NCBI GenBank assembly: GCA_963708035.1
Contig: OY970188.1
Location: 291,233 to 355,232 of the forward strand
DNA length: 64,000 nt
Direction of reading: 5' to 3'
Source of the DNA: an uncultured Actinomycetota bacterium
GTDB taxonomy: Bacteria > Actinomycetota > Actinomycetes > Propionibacteriales > Nocardioidaceae
Under the pieces are notes generated by a model. That model had not been told where the DNA came from. It saw nothing but the letters and a program-made list of their open reading frames with translations, and did no database searches. The translations under genes and the position numbers were made by a program. Shown one piece after another: positions 1 through 10,259 of this stretch; the stretch's first letter is position 1; each line of letters starts with the position of its first letter.

Positions 1-1
1 C

Positions 2-118
2 ACCAAGCAGCTGAAGAAGGTCGACCGGGCCCGCGACGAGGGCGTCTTCGGGGACGACGAGGCGACCGCCGAGAAGTCCGAGGACTCCGGTACGCCGCCG
101 ACGCACCAGCAGCGCTGA
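2..118 (+). CDS. 3' end of small protein (partial; probably the conserved small membrane protein upstream of the YyaL gene)
   Basis: Frame 2 reads TKQLKKVDRARDEGVFGDDE...QR* with TGA at 116-118; identity inferred from synteny only. Confidence 0.5.
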   Translation, partial: TKQLKKVDRARDEGVFGDDEATAEKSEDSGTPPTHQQR

Positions 119-134
119 CGGAGCCCGGCCGGGC

Positions 135-746
135 TCAGCCAGTGCGTCGTACCAGCCGCACCAGGCAGTCCCAGGCCGTCGCGGCCGGCTCCTCGCCGTG
201 GCCGTCCCCGACCACGCGCGCCACGCGCTCGGCCCGCTGGACCTCGAACGACTCGCCGTCGAGGTCGGCCAGCACGTCCTCGGCGGTCATCAGGACCGCG
301 GGGTCCTGCGGGCCGCCGGTGCCCTGGGTGAGGTTGGTCGAGTCGTGCGCGACGAGCAGGAACGTGCCACCGTCCCGGAGCGCGGCGAAGGCGTTGCGCA
401 CCGCCGCGCGACGGTCGGGCGCCGGCACCTGGAGATAGGCGACCAGCGCCACGTCGTACGCCGGCTCCTCGGCCCGCCAGGCCGTTGCGTCGGCGCACAC
501 CCACTCGATGTCGAGCCCGTCCGCCAGCGTCCGGCCCTTGTCGAGACCGGCCTGGGCGAAGTCGACGGCGGTGACCCGCCAGCCGCGCCGCGCCAGCCAG
601 ATCGCGTTGCGACCCTCACCGGCGCCGAGGTCCACCGCGCGCCCGGGCGGGAGTCCCGCCAGCTCCGCCTCGACGAACTGGTTCGGGCCGGCCGACCAGA
701 CGAGCTCGCTCGCGCGGTACCGCTCGTTCCACTCCTCGGCGTCCAT
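135..746 (-). CDS. Class I SAM-dependent methyltransferase
   Basis: MDAEEWNERY...VDLGAGEGRNAIWLA...VTAVDFA (SAM motif I); ATG at 746 is inside the longer ORF. Confidence 0.9.
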   Translation of the reverse strand: MDAEEWNERYRASELVWSAGPNQFVEAELAGLPPGRAVDLGAGEGRNAIWLARRGWRVTAVDFAQAGLDKGRTLADGLDIEWVCADATAWRAEEPAYDVALVAYLQVPAPDRRAAVRNAFAALRDGGTFLLVAHDSTNLTQGTGGPQDPAVLMTAEDVLADLDGESFEVQRAERVARVVGDGHGEEPAATAWDCLVRLVRRTG

Positions 747-819
747 GGGCCCATTCTCACGCGCGTGACGGGGGCCTAGCGTGGGACCCGTCGTGACGCG
801 GCTCGGACGGAGGGACGAG

Positions 820-1677
820 ATGTCCGGACTCGGAGGACGGATCGCGGTCGGATCCGCTGCCGTAGCGCTGCTGTGCACGTCGTGCGGCGGTGGAGGGTCG
901 TCCTCCGCGGTCGCCCTGCCGAAGACGACGTCCAGCGCCACTGGCGCTACCCAGCCCGCCGAGGGCGTGCACGGACTCGTGGGGGAGTGCCACCGGGCGA
1001 GTCGGCAGGCCCTGCGCACCCTGGTCGACCGCAGTCACGCCGTCCCGTGCTCGCGTCCGCACAACGTCGAGACGGTGGGCGTGCACCCGGTCTACTCGAC
1101 GCTGACGAAGGCCAACACCTACGCGACGGTGAACGGGTACCGAGATGCCTGCTGGCCCGACTTCCTCCAGCGGCTGAAGCTCGAGGGTGAGGAGCTCAAC
1201 CGCCTGACGCTCGTCCCGCTCGCGATGCGCCGATCGGACGGTCAGTGGGTGGTGCGTTGCGACGTGTACGTGCAGGCCGCGATCGCCAGCGGCGGCCCAG
1301 CGGTCGTCACGCGGACATCCCTGCGGTCACAAGCGCTGTCGGGGCACACCGCGACCTGGACCGTCTGCACCGACGTGCACCCTCGTGAGGGGGCGCCACT
1401 CGTGGACTGCACCCGGCCACATCGCTACCAGGCGGCCGCGGACTTCCAGACCCTGACGGCACACGACCGCAGGTACCCCACGCCCGGTCAGCTCCGCGTG
1501 CGCGGGCGGACGGTCTGCCGGGACGCGATCGCCGAACGCCCGGACGCCTCGCGCCTGACCGTGCAGGGCTTCTGGACGTCGCGGAGGCGCTGGGTCGTCA
1601 GCGGCCGGCCGAGCAGCATCTACGGCTCGTGCTACTTCTCCCGCACCGACGGCCGTGACCTCCCGGCCGTTCGGTGA
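820..1677 (+). CDS. Lipoprotein with septum-formation-family domains
   Basis: Lipobox-like LLCTSC; two VPCSRPHNVE / VDCTRPHRYQ repeats with paired Cys. Confidence 0.7.
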   Translation: MSGLGGRIAVGSAAVALLCTSCGGGGSSSAVALPKTTSSATGATQPAEGVHGLVGECHRASRQALRTLVDRSHAVPCSRPHNVETVGVHPVYSTLTKANTYATVNGYRDACWPDFLQRLKLEGEELNRLTLVPLAMRRSDGQWVVRCDVYVQAAIASGGPAVVTRTSLRSQALSGHTATWTVCTDVHPREGAPLVDCTRPHRYQAAADFQTLTAHDRRYPTPGQLRVRGRTVCRDAIAERPDASRLTVQGFWTSRRRWVVSGRPSSIYGSCYFSRTDGRDLPAVR

Positions 1678-1702
1678 CGCGGTCCGCGACTAGCGTGGAG
1701 GG

Positions 1703-3658
1703 ATGGCCAACCGGCTGAGCACGGCCACGTCGCCGTACCTGCTCCAGCACGCCGACAACCCGGTGGACTGGTGGGAGTGGGGTGACGACGCGTTCGCGGA
1801 GGCCCGCCGCCGCGGCGTACCGGTCTTCCTCAGCGTCGGGTACGCCGCGTGCCACTGGTGCCACGTGATGGCGCACGAGTCGTTCGAGGACGAGGCGACC
1901 GCAGCCCAGCTCAACGCGGACTTCGTGTGCGTCAAGGTCGACCGGGAGGAGCGGCCGGACGTCGACGCCGTCTACATGGAGGCCACGGTCGCGATGACCG
2001 GTCACGGTGGCTGGCCGATGACCGTGGTGCTCGACCACGACGGCAGCCCGTTCTTCACCGGGACCTACTTCCCGGACCGTCCGCGGGGCGGGCAGCCGGC
2101 GCTGCGCCAGGTGCTGGCCGCACTGACCGAAGCCTGGCGGGACCGTCGCGAGGACGTGCTCCGCGCGGCCTCGACCGTGCGCGACCACCTCTCCCGCGAG
2201 GTCACGCTGAGCGGCGCGACGCTGACGGCCGAGGACCTGGACGCGGCCGTGGCCGCGCTGGGCGCTGACTTCGACGAGGCGCACGGCGGGTTCGGGGGTG
2301 CGCCGAAGTTCCCGCCGAGCATGGTGCTCGAGCTGCTCCGCCGCCGCCCGGGCGACCCGGACGCCGCCCGGATGCTCGGGCGCACGCTGGACGCGATGGC
2401 TCGCGGCGGCATCCACGACCAGCTCGGCGGCGGGTTCGCCCGCTACAGCGTCGACGCCGGCTGGGTGGTGCCGCACTTCGAGAAGATGCTCTACGACAAC
2501 GCCCAGCTGGTCGGCCTCTACGCACGATGGGGTACGCCGTGGGGCGACCGGGTGGCCACCGGCACGGCCGACTGGATGCTGCGCGAGCTCGGGACCCCGG
2601 AGGGCGGCCTGGCCTCGGCCCTCGACGCCGACAGCGAGGGCGAGGAGGGCCGCTTCTACGTCTGGACGCCGCCCCAGCTGGTGGACGTCCTCGGCGACGA
2701 GGACGGTCGCTGGGCGACCGCGCTGTTCGAGGTGACCGGGACGTTCGAGCACGGCACCTCGACCTTGCAGCTCCTCCGCGACCCCGACGACCTCGCTCGC
2801 TTCGACGACGTACGCCGGCGTTTGCTGGCCGCGCGCGAGCAGCGCGTGCGTCCGGCGCGCGACGACAAGGTCGTCGCGGCATGGAACGGCCTCGCGATCA
2901 GCGGGCTGGTCGACGCCGGTCGTCTGCTCGGACGCGAGGAGTACGTCGACGCCGCGCTCGCGGCCGGGCGGCTGCTCGCGGAGGTGCACCTCGTCGACGG
3001 GCGGCTCCGCCGGGTGTCCCGGGACGGACGGGTCGGGACACCGGTCGGCGTCCTGGAGGACCACGGCGCGGTGGCGGGTGGTTTCCTCGCCCTCTGCGGT
3101 GCCACCGGCGAGGAGCGCTGGCTCGCCCGGGGTCTCGCCCTGCTGGAGGCCGCGCTCACGCACTTCCGGGCGCGCGACGGCGGCTTCTTCGACACCCCGG
3201 ACGACGGGGAGCGCCTGGTCGCCCGCCCGCGCGACCCCGGAGACAACGCCAGCCCGTCCGGCACATCGGCGACCGTGCACGCCCTGCTCGCCGCCCACGC
3301 CCTCACCGGGGAGGGCCGGTGGCGCGATGCCGCCGACGAGGCGCTCGCCGGGGTCGGGGAGCTCGCCCGCCGAGCGCCGAGGTTCGCCGGCTGGTCGCTG
3401 GCTGCCGCCCAGTCGCTGGTCGACGGTGCGCCCGAGATCGCGGTCGTCGGCCCGGGCGGAGCGGCCCGCGACGACCTCGAGCGCCAGGCGCGTCGCTGGC
3501 CCGGAGCGGTCGTGGCGGTGGCGGACGGCCCGCGGGACGGCGTCCTGCTGCTGGAGGGGCGTTCCGCGGTCGCCGGTGAGCCCGCGGCCTACGTCTGTCG
3601 TGGCAACGTTTGTGACTCTCCGGTGGTTTCGCCAGGCAAAGTCTCGCTCCCGGCTTGA
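1703..3658 (+). CDS. Thioredoxin-domain (DUF255) YyaL/SSP411-like protein
   Basis: MANRL...[51 protein letters not shown]. Confidence 0.95.
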   Translation: MANRLSTATSPYLLQHADNPVDWWEWGDDAFAEARRRGVPVFLSVGYAACHWCHVMAHESFEDEATAAQLNADFVCVKVDREERPDVDAVYMEATVAMTGHGGWPMTVVLDHDGSPFFTGTYFPDRPRGGQPALRQVLAALTEAWRDRREDVLRAASTVRDHLSREVTLSGATLTAEDLDAAVAALGADFDEAHGGFGGAPKFPPSMVLELLRRRPGDPDAARMLGRTLDAMARGGIHDQLGGGFARYSVDAGWVVPHFEKMLYDNAQLVGLYARWGTPWGDRVATGTADWMLRELGTPEGGLASALDADSEGEEGRFYVWTPPQLVDVLGDEDGRWATALFEVTGTFEHGTSTLQLLRDPDDLARFDDVRRRLLAAREQRVRPARDDKVVAAWNGLAISGLVDAGRLLGREEYVDAALAAGRLLAEVHLVDGRLRRVSRDGRVGTPVGVLEDHGAVAGGFLALCGATGEERWLARGLALLEAALTHFRARDGGFFDTPDDGERLVARPRDPGDNASPSGTSATVHALLAAHALTGEGRWRDAADEALAGVGELARRAPRFAGWSLAAAQSLVDGAPEIAVVGPGGAARDDLERQARRWPGAVVAVADGPRDGVLLLEGRSAVAGEPAAYVCRGNVCDSPVVSPGKVSLPA

Positions 3659-3720
3659 CCCTCACTTAGTGTTCTGAAGACCGCAACCGGGGGGTAGCGG
3701 CGGAACAGAACGAGGACGGC

Positions 3721-5439
3721 GTGGGGGACACAGCCGCGGACCAAGCGCGCCCACCGGGGGGTGGGGCGCGGCCCGCAGACCAGCAGCTCGAGGGCGACGT
3801 GGCCCGCGTGGCGGAGTCCGTCCGTGACGTCGTCGACGCCCAGGCGGCCATCGTCAGCCGCGTCGTCGACGACGAGTGGCTCGAGGTGATGACGGTCAGC
3901 GGCGAGCCGTCCTTCGGGGCGCTCGTGGGGCTCCGCTGGCGTCGCTCCGACCTCGACAGCGTGCTGTCCAGCGCCCAGACCCTGGGCCGCCTGCACGTCA
4001 CCAAGCACGGCCGCATCTCGTACGCCGAGGTGCCCGACAGCGTGCCCGAGACCGAGCGGTACATCGCCAGTCACCTCGGCCTGCTGATCGCACCTCTGCT
4101 GGCACCCGACTCGGAGCTGCTGGGCGTGCTCACCACCGAAGGACCGGTGGAGATCCTGCACCCGGCGCCGGGCACCTGCGAGCTCGTCGAGCTGTACGCC
4201 GAGCAGGCGCGGCTCGCGCTCTCCGCCATGCGCGACCAGGGCGTCCTGACCGAGCGGCTGCGGATGTCCGACGCGGCCCAGGGGATCCTGCACGACGCGG
4301 CCGCCGCCGAGGACGTGGCCGGACTCCTGGACACCGTGGCGCGCGGCCTGGGAGGGATGATGCGGGCGGCCGGTGTCTGGGTCTGCACCGAGCTCGAGCC
4401 CGGCGTCCCGGCCGATGCGGCGTCGTACCCGGCGGAGGTCGCCGACGAGCTCGGCCCCGACGCCTGCACGCTGCTGCAGCCGATGGTGACCGAGTGCCTC
4501 ACCGACGAGACGGTCCTGACCGAGGCGGCCGCCCCGTTGCTCGGCCGGCTGGCCGCGCTGACCGGGCACGAGCGTGCTCTGCTGGCCGCGGTCGGCGACG
4601 GAACGCGCAGCCGCGGCGCGCTGCTGGTGCTCCGCCGCGGCGAGGACGACCCGTGGTCCGACGACGAGCGCGACGCGCTGTTCGCCCTGGGCCGTCGTCT
4701 CGGCATCATGACCGACCAGGTCCAGGTCCGGCAGCGCGACCAGGAGACGGTCGAGCAGCTCCGCCGGCTCGACGAGTACCGCCGCGACCTCGTCGCGTCG
4801 ATCACCCATGACCTGAAGACACCGCTGACGGCGATCGCGCTCAACACCGAGCTGCTGGAGTCCGACAAGCGGCTGGAGGAGGCGGGCTCGCACCCGGTCG
4901 CGGCGATCCGCCGCAGCTCCGACCGGCTGGCCGACCTCGTCGACGACCTGCTCGCGATGGCGCGGACCGAGGAGGGGGCCGACCCGCTGACGGAGGTCGA
5001 CCTGGTGCAGATGGTGCGCGACGCGTGCGGGCACGCCGAGACCGAGGCGACGCTGCGAGAGGTCACCTTCGACATCGACACCCCCGAGGAGCTGTGGGCG
5101 CGCGTCGACCCGGCAGCGCTCGCCCGGGTGTTCGCGAACATCGTCGGCAACGCCGTGAAGTACAGCCTGCCGCGGGGACGCGTCTCGCTGGGGCTCGCGC
5201 GCGAGGGTGACGCCGTCGAGTTCCGGTGCACCGACGAGGGGATCGGGATCCCCGAGGACCGGCTCACCACCCTCTTCGAGATGGGGTACCGGTCACCGGA
5301 CACGCGGACCGAGGAGATGCCCGGTTCCGGCATCGGGCTGGCGATCTGTCATCGCATCGTCACCCGGCTCGGCGGCGCGATCACCGTGGAGTCGAAGCAG
5401 GCCGAGGGCTCGACGTTCACCGTCCGCATTCCCTGCTGA
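3721..5439 (+). CDS. Cytoplasmic GAF-domain sensor histidine kinase
   Basis: H-box ITHDLKTPLTAI, N-box NIVGNAVKYS, DEGIGIP, GSGIGLAIC; N-terminal GAF-like regions, no TM. Confidence 0.9.
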   Translation: MGDTAADQARPPGGGARPADQQLEGDVARVAESVRDVVDAQAAIVSRVVDDEWLEVMTVSGEPSFGALVGLRWRRSDLDSVLSSAQTLGRLHVTKHGRISYAEVPDSVPETERYIASHLGLLIAPLLAPDSELLGVLTTEGPVEILHPAPGTCELVELYAEQARLALSAMRDQGVLTERLRMSDAAQGILHDAAAAEDVAGLLDTVARGLGGMMRAAGVWVCTELEPGVPADAASYPAEVADELGPDACTLLQPMVTECLTDETVLTEAAAPLLGRLAALTGHERALLAAVGDGTRSRGALLVLRRGEDDPWSDDERDALFALGRRLGIMTDQVQVRQRDQETVEQLRRLDEYRRDLVASITHDLKTPLTAIALNTELLESDKRLEEAGSHPVAAIRRSSDRLADLVDDLLAMARTEEGADPLTEVDLVQMVRDACGHAETEATLREVTFDIDTPEELWARVDPAALARVFANIVGNAVKYSLPRGRVSLGLAREGDAVEFRCTDEGIGIPEDRLTTLFEMGYRSPDTRTEEMPGSGIGLAICHRIVTRLGGAITVESKQAEGSTFTVRIPC

Positions 5440-5450
5440 CGAACGTCGGC

Positions 5451-5804
5451 TCAGGACAGGCCGATCTGGGCGACGAACCTGCCGGCGAAGCTGTTCGCCG
5501 GGATCCCGCGGGTCACGAGGTCGAGCCCGGTGTGGAAGGCCAGCACCACGAGCGTGACGGCCAGCGCCCCGACGAGGAGGCGCTGGAACGGCAGCGGGTC
5601 GCGGTCGCGCGTGGCGCCGTGCAGATGGGCGATCCAGCCGCCGAGGGCGTTGGTCACGATCGCGCTGATCACGCTGGCGAGGGCGGCTCCGAGGATGGTG
5701 CCCAGCAGGCCGAGCTGGCTCGAGAGCGCGGTCGCGGTCGCGGCGGCCACCGCACCGGCGACGACGGTCGGGTAGTTCAGGGAGTGGGTCTTGTGCTCAG
5801 GCAT
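5451..5804 (-). CDS. Small membrane protein, unknown function
   Basis: 117 aa, three hydrophobic segments. Confidence 0.7.
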   Translation of the reverse strand: MPEHKTHSLNYPTVVAGAVAAATATALSSQLGLLGTILGAALASVISAIVTNALGGWIAHLHGATRDRDPLPFQRLLVGALAVTLVVLAFHTGLDLVTRGIPANSFAGRFVAQIGLS

Positions 5805-5883
5805 CGAGAGGTGTGACGAAGAACCGCCGCGCGTTGTTCCGTGATCGGGCCGTGAGGCCGCTCACGCGTCTCGTGACGAGGCG

Positions 5884-6603
5884 CTACCGGAGCGAGTACG
5901 TCGCGAGCGAGATGCCGATGTAGTGGGTCAGGAACGCCAGCACGGTGAAGGAGTGGAACACCTCGTGGAAGCCGAAGTAGCGGGGCCAGGGGTCGGGCCG
6001 ACGGAACCCGTAGACGACCCCGCCGGCGATGTAGAGCGCTCCACCGGTGGCGATCAGGACCAGGACGGCGATGCCGAGGCCGACACCCAGTCGCTCGGCC
6101 CCGGCCGCCAGCTGCGGGAGCGCGAAGACGGCCGCACAGCCGAGCGCGACATAGATCGGCACGCAGAGCCACCGCGGGGCGTCGATCCAGAGCACGCGGA
6201 ACAGCACCCCGAGCAGGGCCCCCGCCCAGATCACGGTCAGCAGGACGACCCGGTCGGTGCCGCGGAGCAGCATCAGCGAGAACGGCGTGTACGTGCCGGC
6301 GATGAGCAGGAAGATGTTCGCGTGGTCCACGCGCCGGAGGACACCGTTCACCCGCGGTGACCACCGGCCCCGGTGGTAGATCGCGGAGACGGAGAAGAGC
6401 AGGACCGCGGAGGCGACGTACACCGCGGAGCCGAGGCGCGTCTGCGCGGTGGGCGAGAGCACGATCAGGACGACCCCGGCCGCGAGCGTCAGCGGCGCGC
6501 TGGCGAGGTGCAGCCAGCCGCGCAGCCGCGGCTTGATCTCGGCGACGCCCTCGGCCACTTGGACGGCGAGGGAGTCGAGACCGGCCCTGATCGAGTCGTT
6601 CAC
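5884..6603 (-). CDS. Hemolysin III / PAQR (TrhA-like) membrane protein
   Basis: KPRLRGWLH, SAIYHRG, DHANIFLLIAGTYTP, FGFHEVFH; GTG start 7 nt after TAACGT. Confidence 0.93.
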   Translation of the reverse strand: MNDSIRAGLDSLAVQVAEGVAEIKPRLRGWLHLASAPLTLAAGVVLIVLSPTAQTRLGSAVYVASAVLLFSVSAIYHRGRWSPRVNGVLRRVDHANIFLLIAGTYTPFSLMLLRGTDRVVLLTVIWAGALLGVLFRVLWIDAPRWLCVPIYVALGCAAVFALPQLAAGAERLGVGLGIAVLVLIATGGALYIAGGVVYGFRRPDPWPRYFGFHEVFHSFTVLAFLTHYIGISLATYSLR

Positions 6604-6677
6604 GTGCTCGACGTTACCCGTAGCCCGGTGCACCCGTTGTGCCTTCGCGCACCCGGGGGCGCAGTTACCATCGAGGA

Positions 6678-7463
6678 ATGGCGGTGGTCGCGGAGCTGAA
6701 GGAACGTGTACGCCGCCTCTTCTACCCGGCGTACGAGTCGCGCATGGTCAAGGCGCTGCCCAAGGACCGCATCCCGCAGCACATCGGCGTGATGCTCGAC
6801 GGCAACCGGCGCTGGGCCAAGGGCGTGGGCCACGACAGCACCCAGGGCTACCGCGCCGGCGCCGCCAACATCGAGCCGCTGCTGGAGTGGAGCGAGGAGG
6901 TCGGCGTCCACGTCGTCACGCTCTGGCTGCTCTCGACCGACAACCTCCAGCGCCCACCCGACCAGCTCGAGGGTCTGCTCGACGTGATCGGCGACGCCGT
7001 CGAGCAGCTGGCCGAGCAACGCCGCTGGCGCATCCACCCGGTGGGCGCGCTCGACCTGCTCCCGGCCGCCCTGGCGACCCGGCTCAAGGAGGCCGAGGAG
7101 TCGACCCGTGACGTCACCGGGATCCTGGTCAACGTCGCGGTGCCGTACGGCGGCCGTCGCGAGATCGCGGACGCCGTCCGCTCGCTGCTGCAGGAGCACG
7201 CCGAGCGGGGGACCAGCCTCGAGGAGCTGGCCGAGGTGATCGACGTCGACCACATCGCCGAGCACCTCTACACCAAGGGGCAGCCGGATCCCGACCTGGT
7301 GATCCGCACGTCGGGGGAGCAGCGGCTCGGCGGCTTCCTGCTCTGGCAGAGCGCGCAGAGCGAGTTCTACTTCTGCGAGGCCTACTGGCCCGACTTCCGC
7401 AAGGTCGACTTCCTGCGGGCCGTCCGCGCCTACGCCCAGCGCGACCGCCGGTACGGTTCCTGA
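6678..7463 (+). CDS. cis-isoprenyl diphosphate synthase (UppS family, Rv1086-like short-chain type)
   Basis: [46 protein letters not shown]; divergent from hlyIII as in mycobacteria. Confidence 0.93.
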   Translation: MAVVAELKERVRRLFYPAYESRMVKALPKDRIPQHIGVMLDGNRRWAKGVGHDSTQGYRAGAANIEPLLEWSEEVGVHVVTLWLLSTDNLQRPPDQLEGLLDVIGDAVEQLAEQRRWRIHPVGALDLLPAALATRLKEAEESTRDVTGILVNVAVPYGGRREIADAVRSLLQEHAERGTSLEELAEVIDVDHIAEHLYTKGQPDPDLVIRTSGEQRLGGFLLWQSAQSEFYFCEAYWPDFRKVDFLRAVRAYAQRDRRYGS

Positions 7464-7614
7464 CGAGCGAGCGGAGCGAGCGTCTCGAAGGGCGGTTCCT
7501 GAGGAGCGAGCGGAGCGAGCGTCTCGAAGGGCGGTTCCTGAGGAGGAGGTCGAGCGGAGCGAGCGTCTCGAAGGGTGGTTCCTGAGGAGCGAGCGGAGCG
7601 AGCGTCTCGAAGGA
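7454..7614. repeat. Four tandem copies of a 39-bp REP-like unit
   Basis: (c/t)ggttcctga(c/g)gagcgagcggagcgagcgtctcgaagg at 7454-7492, 7493-7531, 7532-7575 (5-bp insert) and 7576-7614; no spacers. Confidence 0.9.
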
Positions 7615-7899
7615 CGGTGCCCGACTGTTCACTCCGGGTTCGTGCGTGTCGCACCTCGGGAACTGGACCGGCGGCGTAGTTTCCCTGACATCGGTGGGTG
7701 GGGAAACGCTCACCGCATCGGGAGGCCCGTTCGTGAGACATCACGACCAGACAGCGCGGCGGAGTCCGCCGCGCGACTCGGCCGCCAGGCCGTGCGCAGG
7801 GGCCGGCACCCCGGCCTTCGGGTTTCCTCCCGGTCCGTCACGCAGAGGGAGTCCAGGACCGGGCGAGGGGTGCCCGCGCGGTCGGGTGAGGGGTGTCTG

Positions 7900-9252
7900 G
7901 TGCCGCAGGCCAAGCAGGGGACCCGGAGGGCCACACGCGCGACGGCGACGAAAGGGACCGTCCGCACGTTCGTCCTCGACACCAGCGTGCTGCTGGCCGA
8001 TCCGGGGGCGATGCGCCGGTTCGACGAGCACGAGGTGGTCCTGCCCGTCGTCGTGATCACCGAGCTCGAGGCCAAACGGCATCATCCCGAGCTCGGCTTC
8101 TTCGCCCGGACGGCTCTGCGTGCCCTCGACGAGCTCCGGGTCACCCACGGCCGTCTCGACGAGGCCGTGCCCGTGGGCGAGGACGGCGGCTCGATCCGCG
8201 TCGAGCTCAACCACACCGACGCCGACTCCCTGCCGTCCGGCTTCCGGCTGGGCGACAACGACACGCGGATCCTCGCCGTGGCGCGCAACCTCGCCAACGA
8301 GCACCACGACGTCACGTTGGTCTCCAAGGACCTGCCGATGCGGATCAAGGCGTCCGCGGTCGGCCTGCGCGCCGAGGAGTACCACGGGGAGAACATCGCG
8401 GACTCCGACCCGGGCTACAGCGGGATGGCCGAGCTCGAGGTGCCGGCGTCGGTGCTCGACGAGCTGTACGACGGTGGCTGGACCGACGTCGAGGCCGCCC
8501 GCGACCTGCCGTGCCACACCGGCCTCGTGCTGCTGTCCGAGCGCGGCACCGCCCTCGGCCGCGTCGGCCCGGACAAGCAGGTGCACCTGGTCCGCGGCGA
8601 CCGTGAGGCGTTCGGGATCCACGGCCGGTCCGCCGAGCAGCGGATCGCTCTCGAGATGCTCCTCGACCCGGAGGTCGGGATCGTCTCGCTCGGCGGCCGG
8701 GCCGGCACCGGCAAGTCGGCGATGGCGCTGTGCGCCGGGCTCGAGGCCGTCCTCGAGCGCCGCCAGCACCACAAGGTCGTCGTCTTCCGCCCGCTCTTCG
8801 CGGTGGGGGGCCAGGAGCTCGGCTACCTCCCCGGCTCGGAGTCGGAGAAGATGTCGCCCTGGGCGCAGGCGGTCTTCGACACCCTCGGCTCGATCACCTC
8901 GCGTGAGGTGATCGAGGAGGTGCTCGACCGCGGGATGCTCGAGGTGCTGCCGCTGACCCACATCCGCGGCCGCTCCCTGCACGACGCCTTCGTGATCGTG
9001 GACGAGGCCCAGTCCCTGGAGCGCAACGTGCTGCTCACGGTCCTGTCCCGGATCGGGGCCAACTCCAAGGTCGTGCTCACCCACGACGTCGCCCAGCGCG
9101 ACAACCTGCGGGTCGGACGGCACGACGGCGTGGTCGCCGTGGTCGAGCGGTTGAAGGGGCACCCGCTGTTCGCCCATGTCACCCTGACCCGCTCCGAGCG
9201 CTCCCCGATCGCAGCCCTGGTCACCGAGATGCTCGAGGACGTCACCCTCTGA
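7900..9252 (+). CDS. phoH: PIN-PhoH family protein (PhoH2-like RNase/ATPase)
   Basis: PIN motifs VLDTSVLL and DNDTRIL; Walker A GRAGTGKS; RGRSL, VDEAQSL, HDVAQRD. Confidence 0.93.
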   Translation: MPQAKQGTRRATRATATKGTVRTFVLDTSVLLADPGAMRRFDEHEVVLPVVVITELEAKRHHPELGFFARTALRALDELRVTHGRLDEAVPVGEDGGSIRVELNHTDADSLPSGFRLGDNDTRILAVARNLANEHHDVTLVSKDLPMRIKASAVGLRAEEYHGENIADSDPGYSGMAELEVPASVLDELYDGGWTDVEAARDLPCHTGLVLLSERGTALGRVGPDKQVHLVRGDREAFGIHGRSAEQRIALEMLLDPEVGIVSLGGRAGTGKSAMALCAGLEAVLERRQHHKVVVFRPLFAVGGQELGYLPGSESEKMSPWAQAVFDTLGSITSREVIEEVLDRGMLEVLPLTHIRGRSLHDAFVIVDEAQSLERNVLLTVLSRIGANSKVVLTHDVAQRDNLRVGRHDGVVAVVERLKGHPLFAHVTLTRSERSPIAALVTEMLEDVTL

Positions 9253-9430
9253 TCTCGCGGGTCCGTCCCCGGCGTCGCTGGCTCGCCCGGGCCAGGGGGA
9301 GTCGGCGTACGTCGTGACCGTTCCGTGATCAAGGGCGGCTCAAGAATGTGACCGACGTGCCGGATGTGACTCGCGTGGCACTTGAGTCGACATCTGGTCC
9401 AGATTTCCACCACTTTCTGCGCCGTTCGGT

Positions 9431-9459
9431 TTGCACGCCCTGTCGATCTCATGCAGGGT
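9431..9459 (+). promoter_or_regulatory. Putative sigma-70-type promoter for the transglycosylase gene
   Basis: TTGCAC (9431-9436), 17 nt, CAGGGT (9454-9459). Confidence 0.45.
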
Positions 9460-9538
9460 GGACGAGTCTGCTTCGCATGGGTGTGGGGACCCCGAGTGGT
9501 GGCAGACCCACCCGAGTCGTCTACCCCCGAAACTACCT

Positions 9539-10255
9539 GTGCCGTCACCTCAGCAGTACGCACCCAAGCACCGCGCTGCGCCGGTTCCGACCGCGCCCGC
9601 GGGCCTGACCGGGCCTCGTCACCTCGGCGACAAGCGCCGTCCTGCCCGCAAGGTGCTCCGCACCTCGGTCACCCTGGGCGGGCTGGCGGCCGCCGCCACC
9701 GGAGTCGCGGTCGCGACCGGCGTGGTCCAGTCGCCCGGCGCCCCGGTCAACCTCGCCGACTCGCTGTCGCCGGTCGCCTCGACCGACTCCACGGACACGC
9801 CGACCGCCGACGTGCAGGACCGCGACGCCGTCGTGTCCCGCTCGTCGGACCGGACCCGGTCCAGCGACCGCCGCGCCGACCGCGACCCCGCCAAGGCGGC
9901 CGCGCTCGGTCTCGGCGCCGGCCCGGCGGTCAGCGGCCAGGAGTCGCTGTCGTCAGGTGACCCGCAGACGATCGCGGCGGCCCTGCTGCCGAAGTACGGC
10001 TTCGACAACTCCCAGATGTCCTGCCTGGTCCCGCTGTGGATGGGCGAGAGCGGCTGGCGCGTGAACGCCGAGAACGCGTCGTCCGGCGCCTACGGCATCC
10101 CGCAGGCCCTGCCCGGCTCGAAGATGGCCACCGCCGGCGCCGACTGGCAGACCAACGCCGCCACCCAGATCGAGTGGGGCCTGGGCTACATCCAGGAGCG
10201 CTACGGGTCTCCGTGCGGTGCCTGGGGCTTCAAGCAGAGCCACGGCTGGTACTGA
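9539..10255 (+). CDS. Membrane-anchored/secreted lytic transglycosylase (SLT-like cell-wall hydrolase)
   Basis: N-terminal hydrophobic segment; C-terminal LWMGESGW...SSGAYGIPQALPG...TQIEWGLGYIQERYG. Confidence 0.85.
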   Translation: MPSPQQYAPKHRAAPVPTAPAGLTGPRHLGDKRRPARKVLRTSVTLGGLAAAATGVAVATGVVQSPGAPVNLADSLSPVASTDSTDTPTADVQDRDAVVSRSSDRTRSSDRRADRDPAKAAALGLGAGPAVSGQESLSSGDPQTIAAALLPKYGFDNSQMSCLVPLWMGESGWRVNAENASSGAYGIPQALPGSKMATAGADWQTNAATQIEWGLGYIQERYGSPCGAWGFKQSHGWY

Positions 10256-10259
10256 CCGC

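Noticed and set aside
7454-7614. CRISPR array
   Set aside because: Units are head-to-tail with no unique spacers, and there are no cas genes
9340-9538. c-di-AMP (ydaO) riboswitch or canonical CRP site before the transglycosylase
   Set aside because: Riboswitch consensus elements not seen; the TGTGA half-sites lack a matching TCACA at 6-nt spacing
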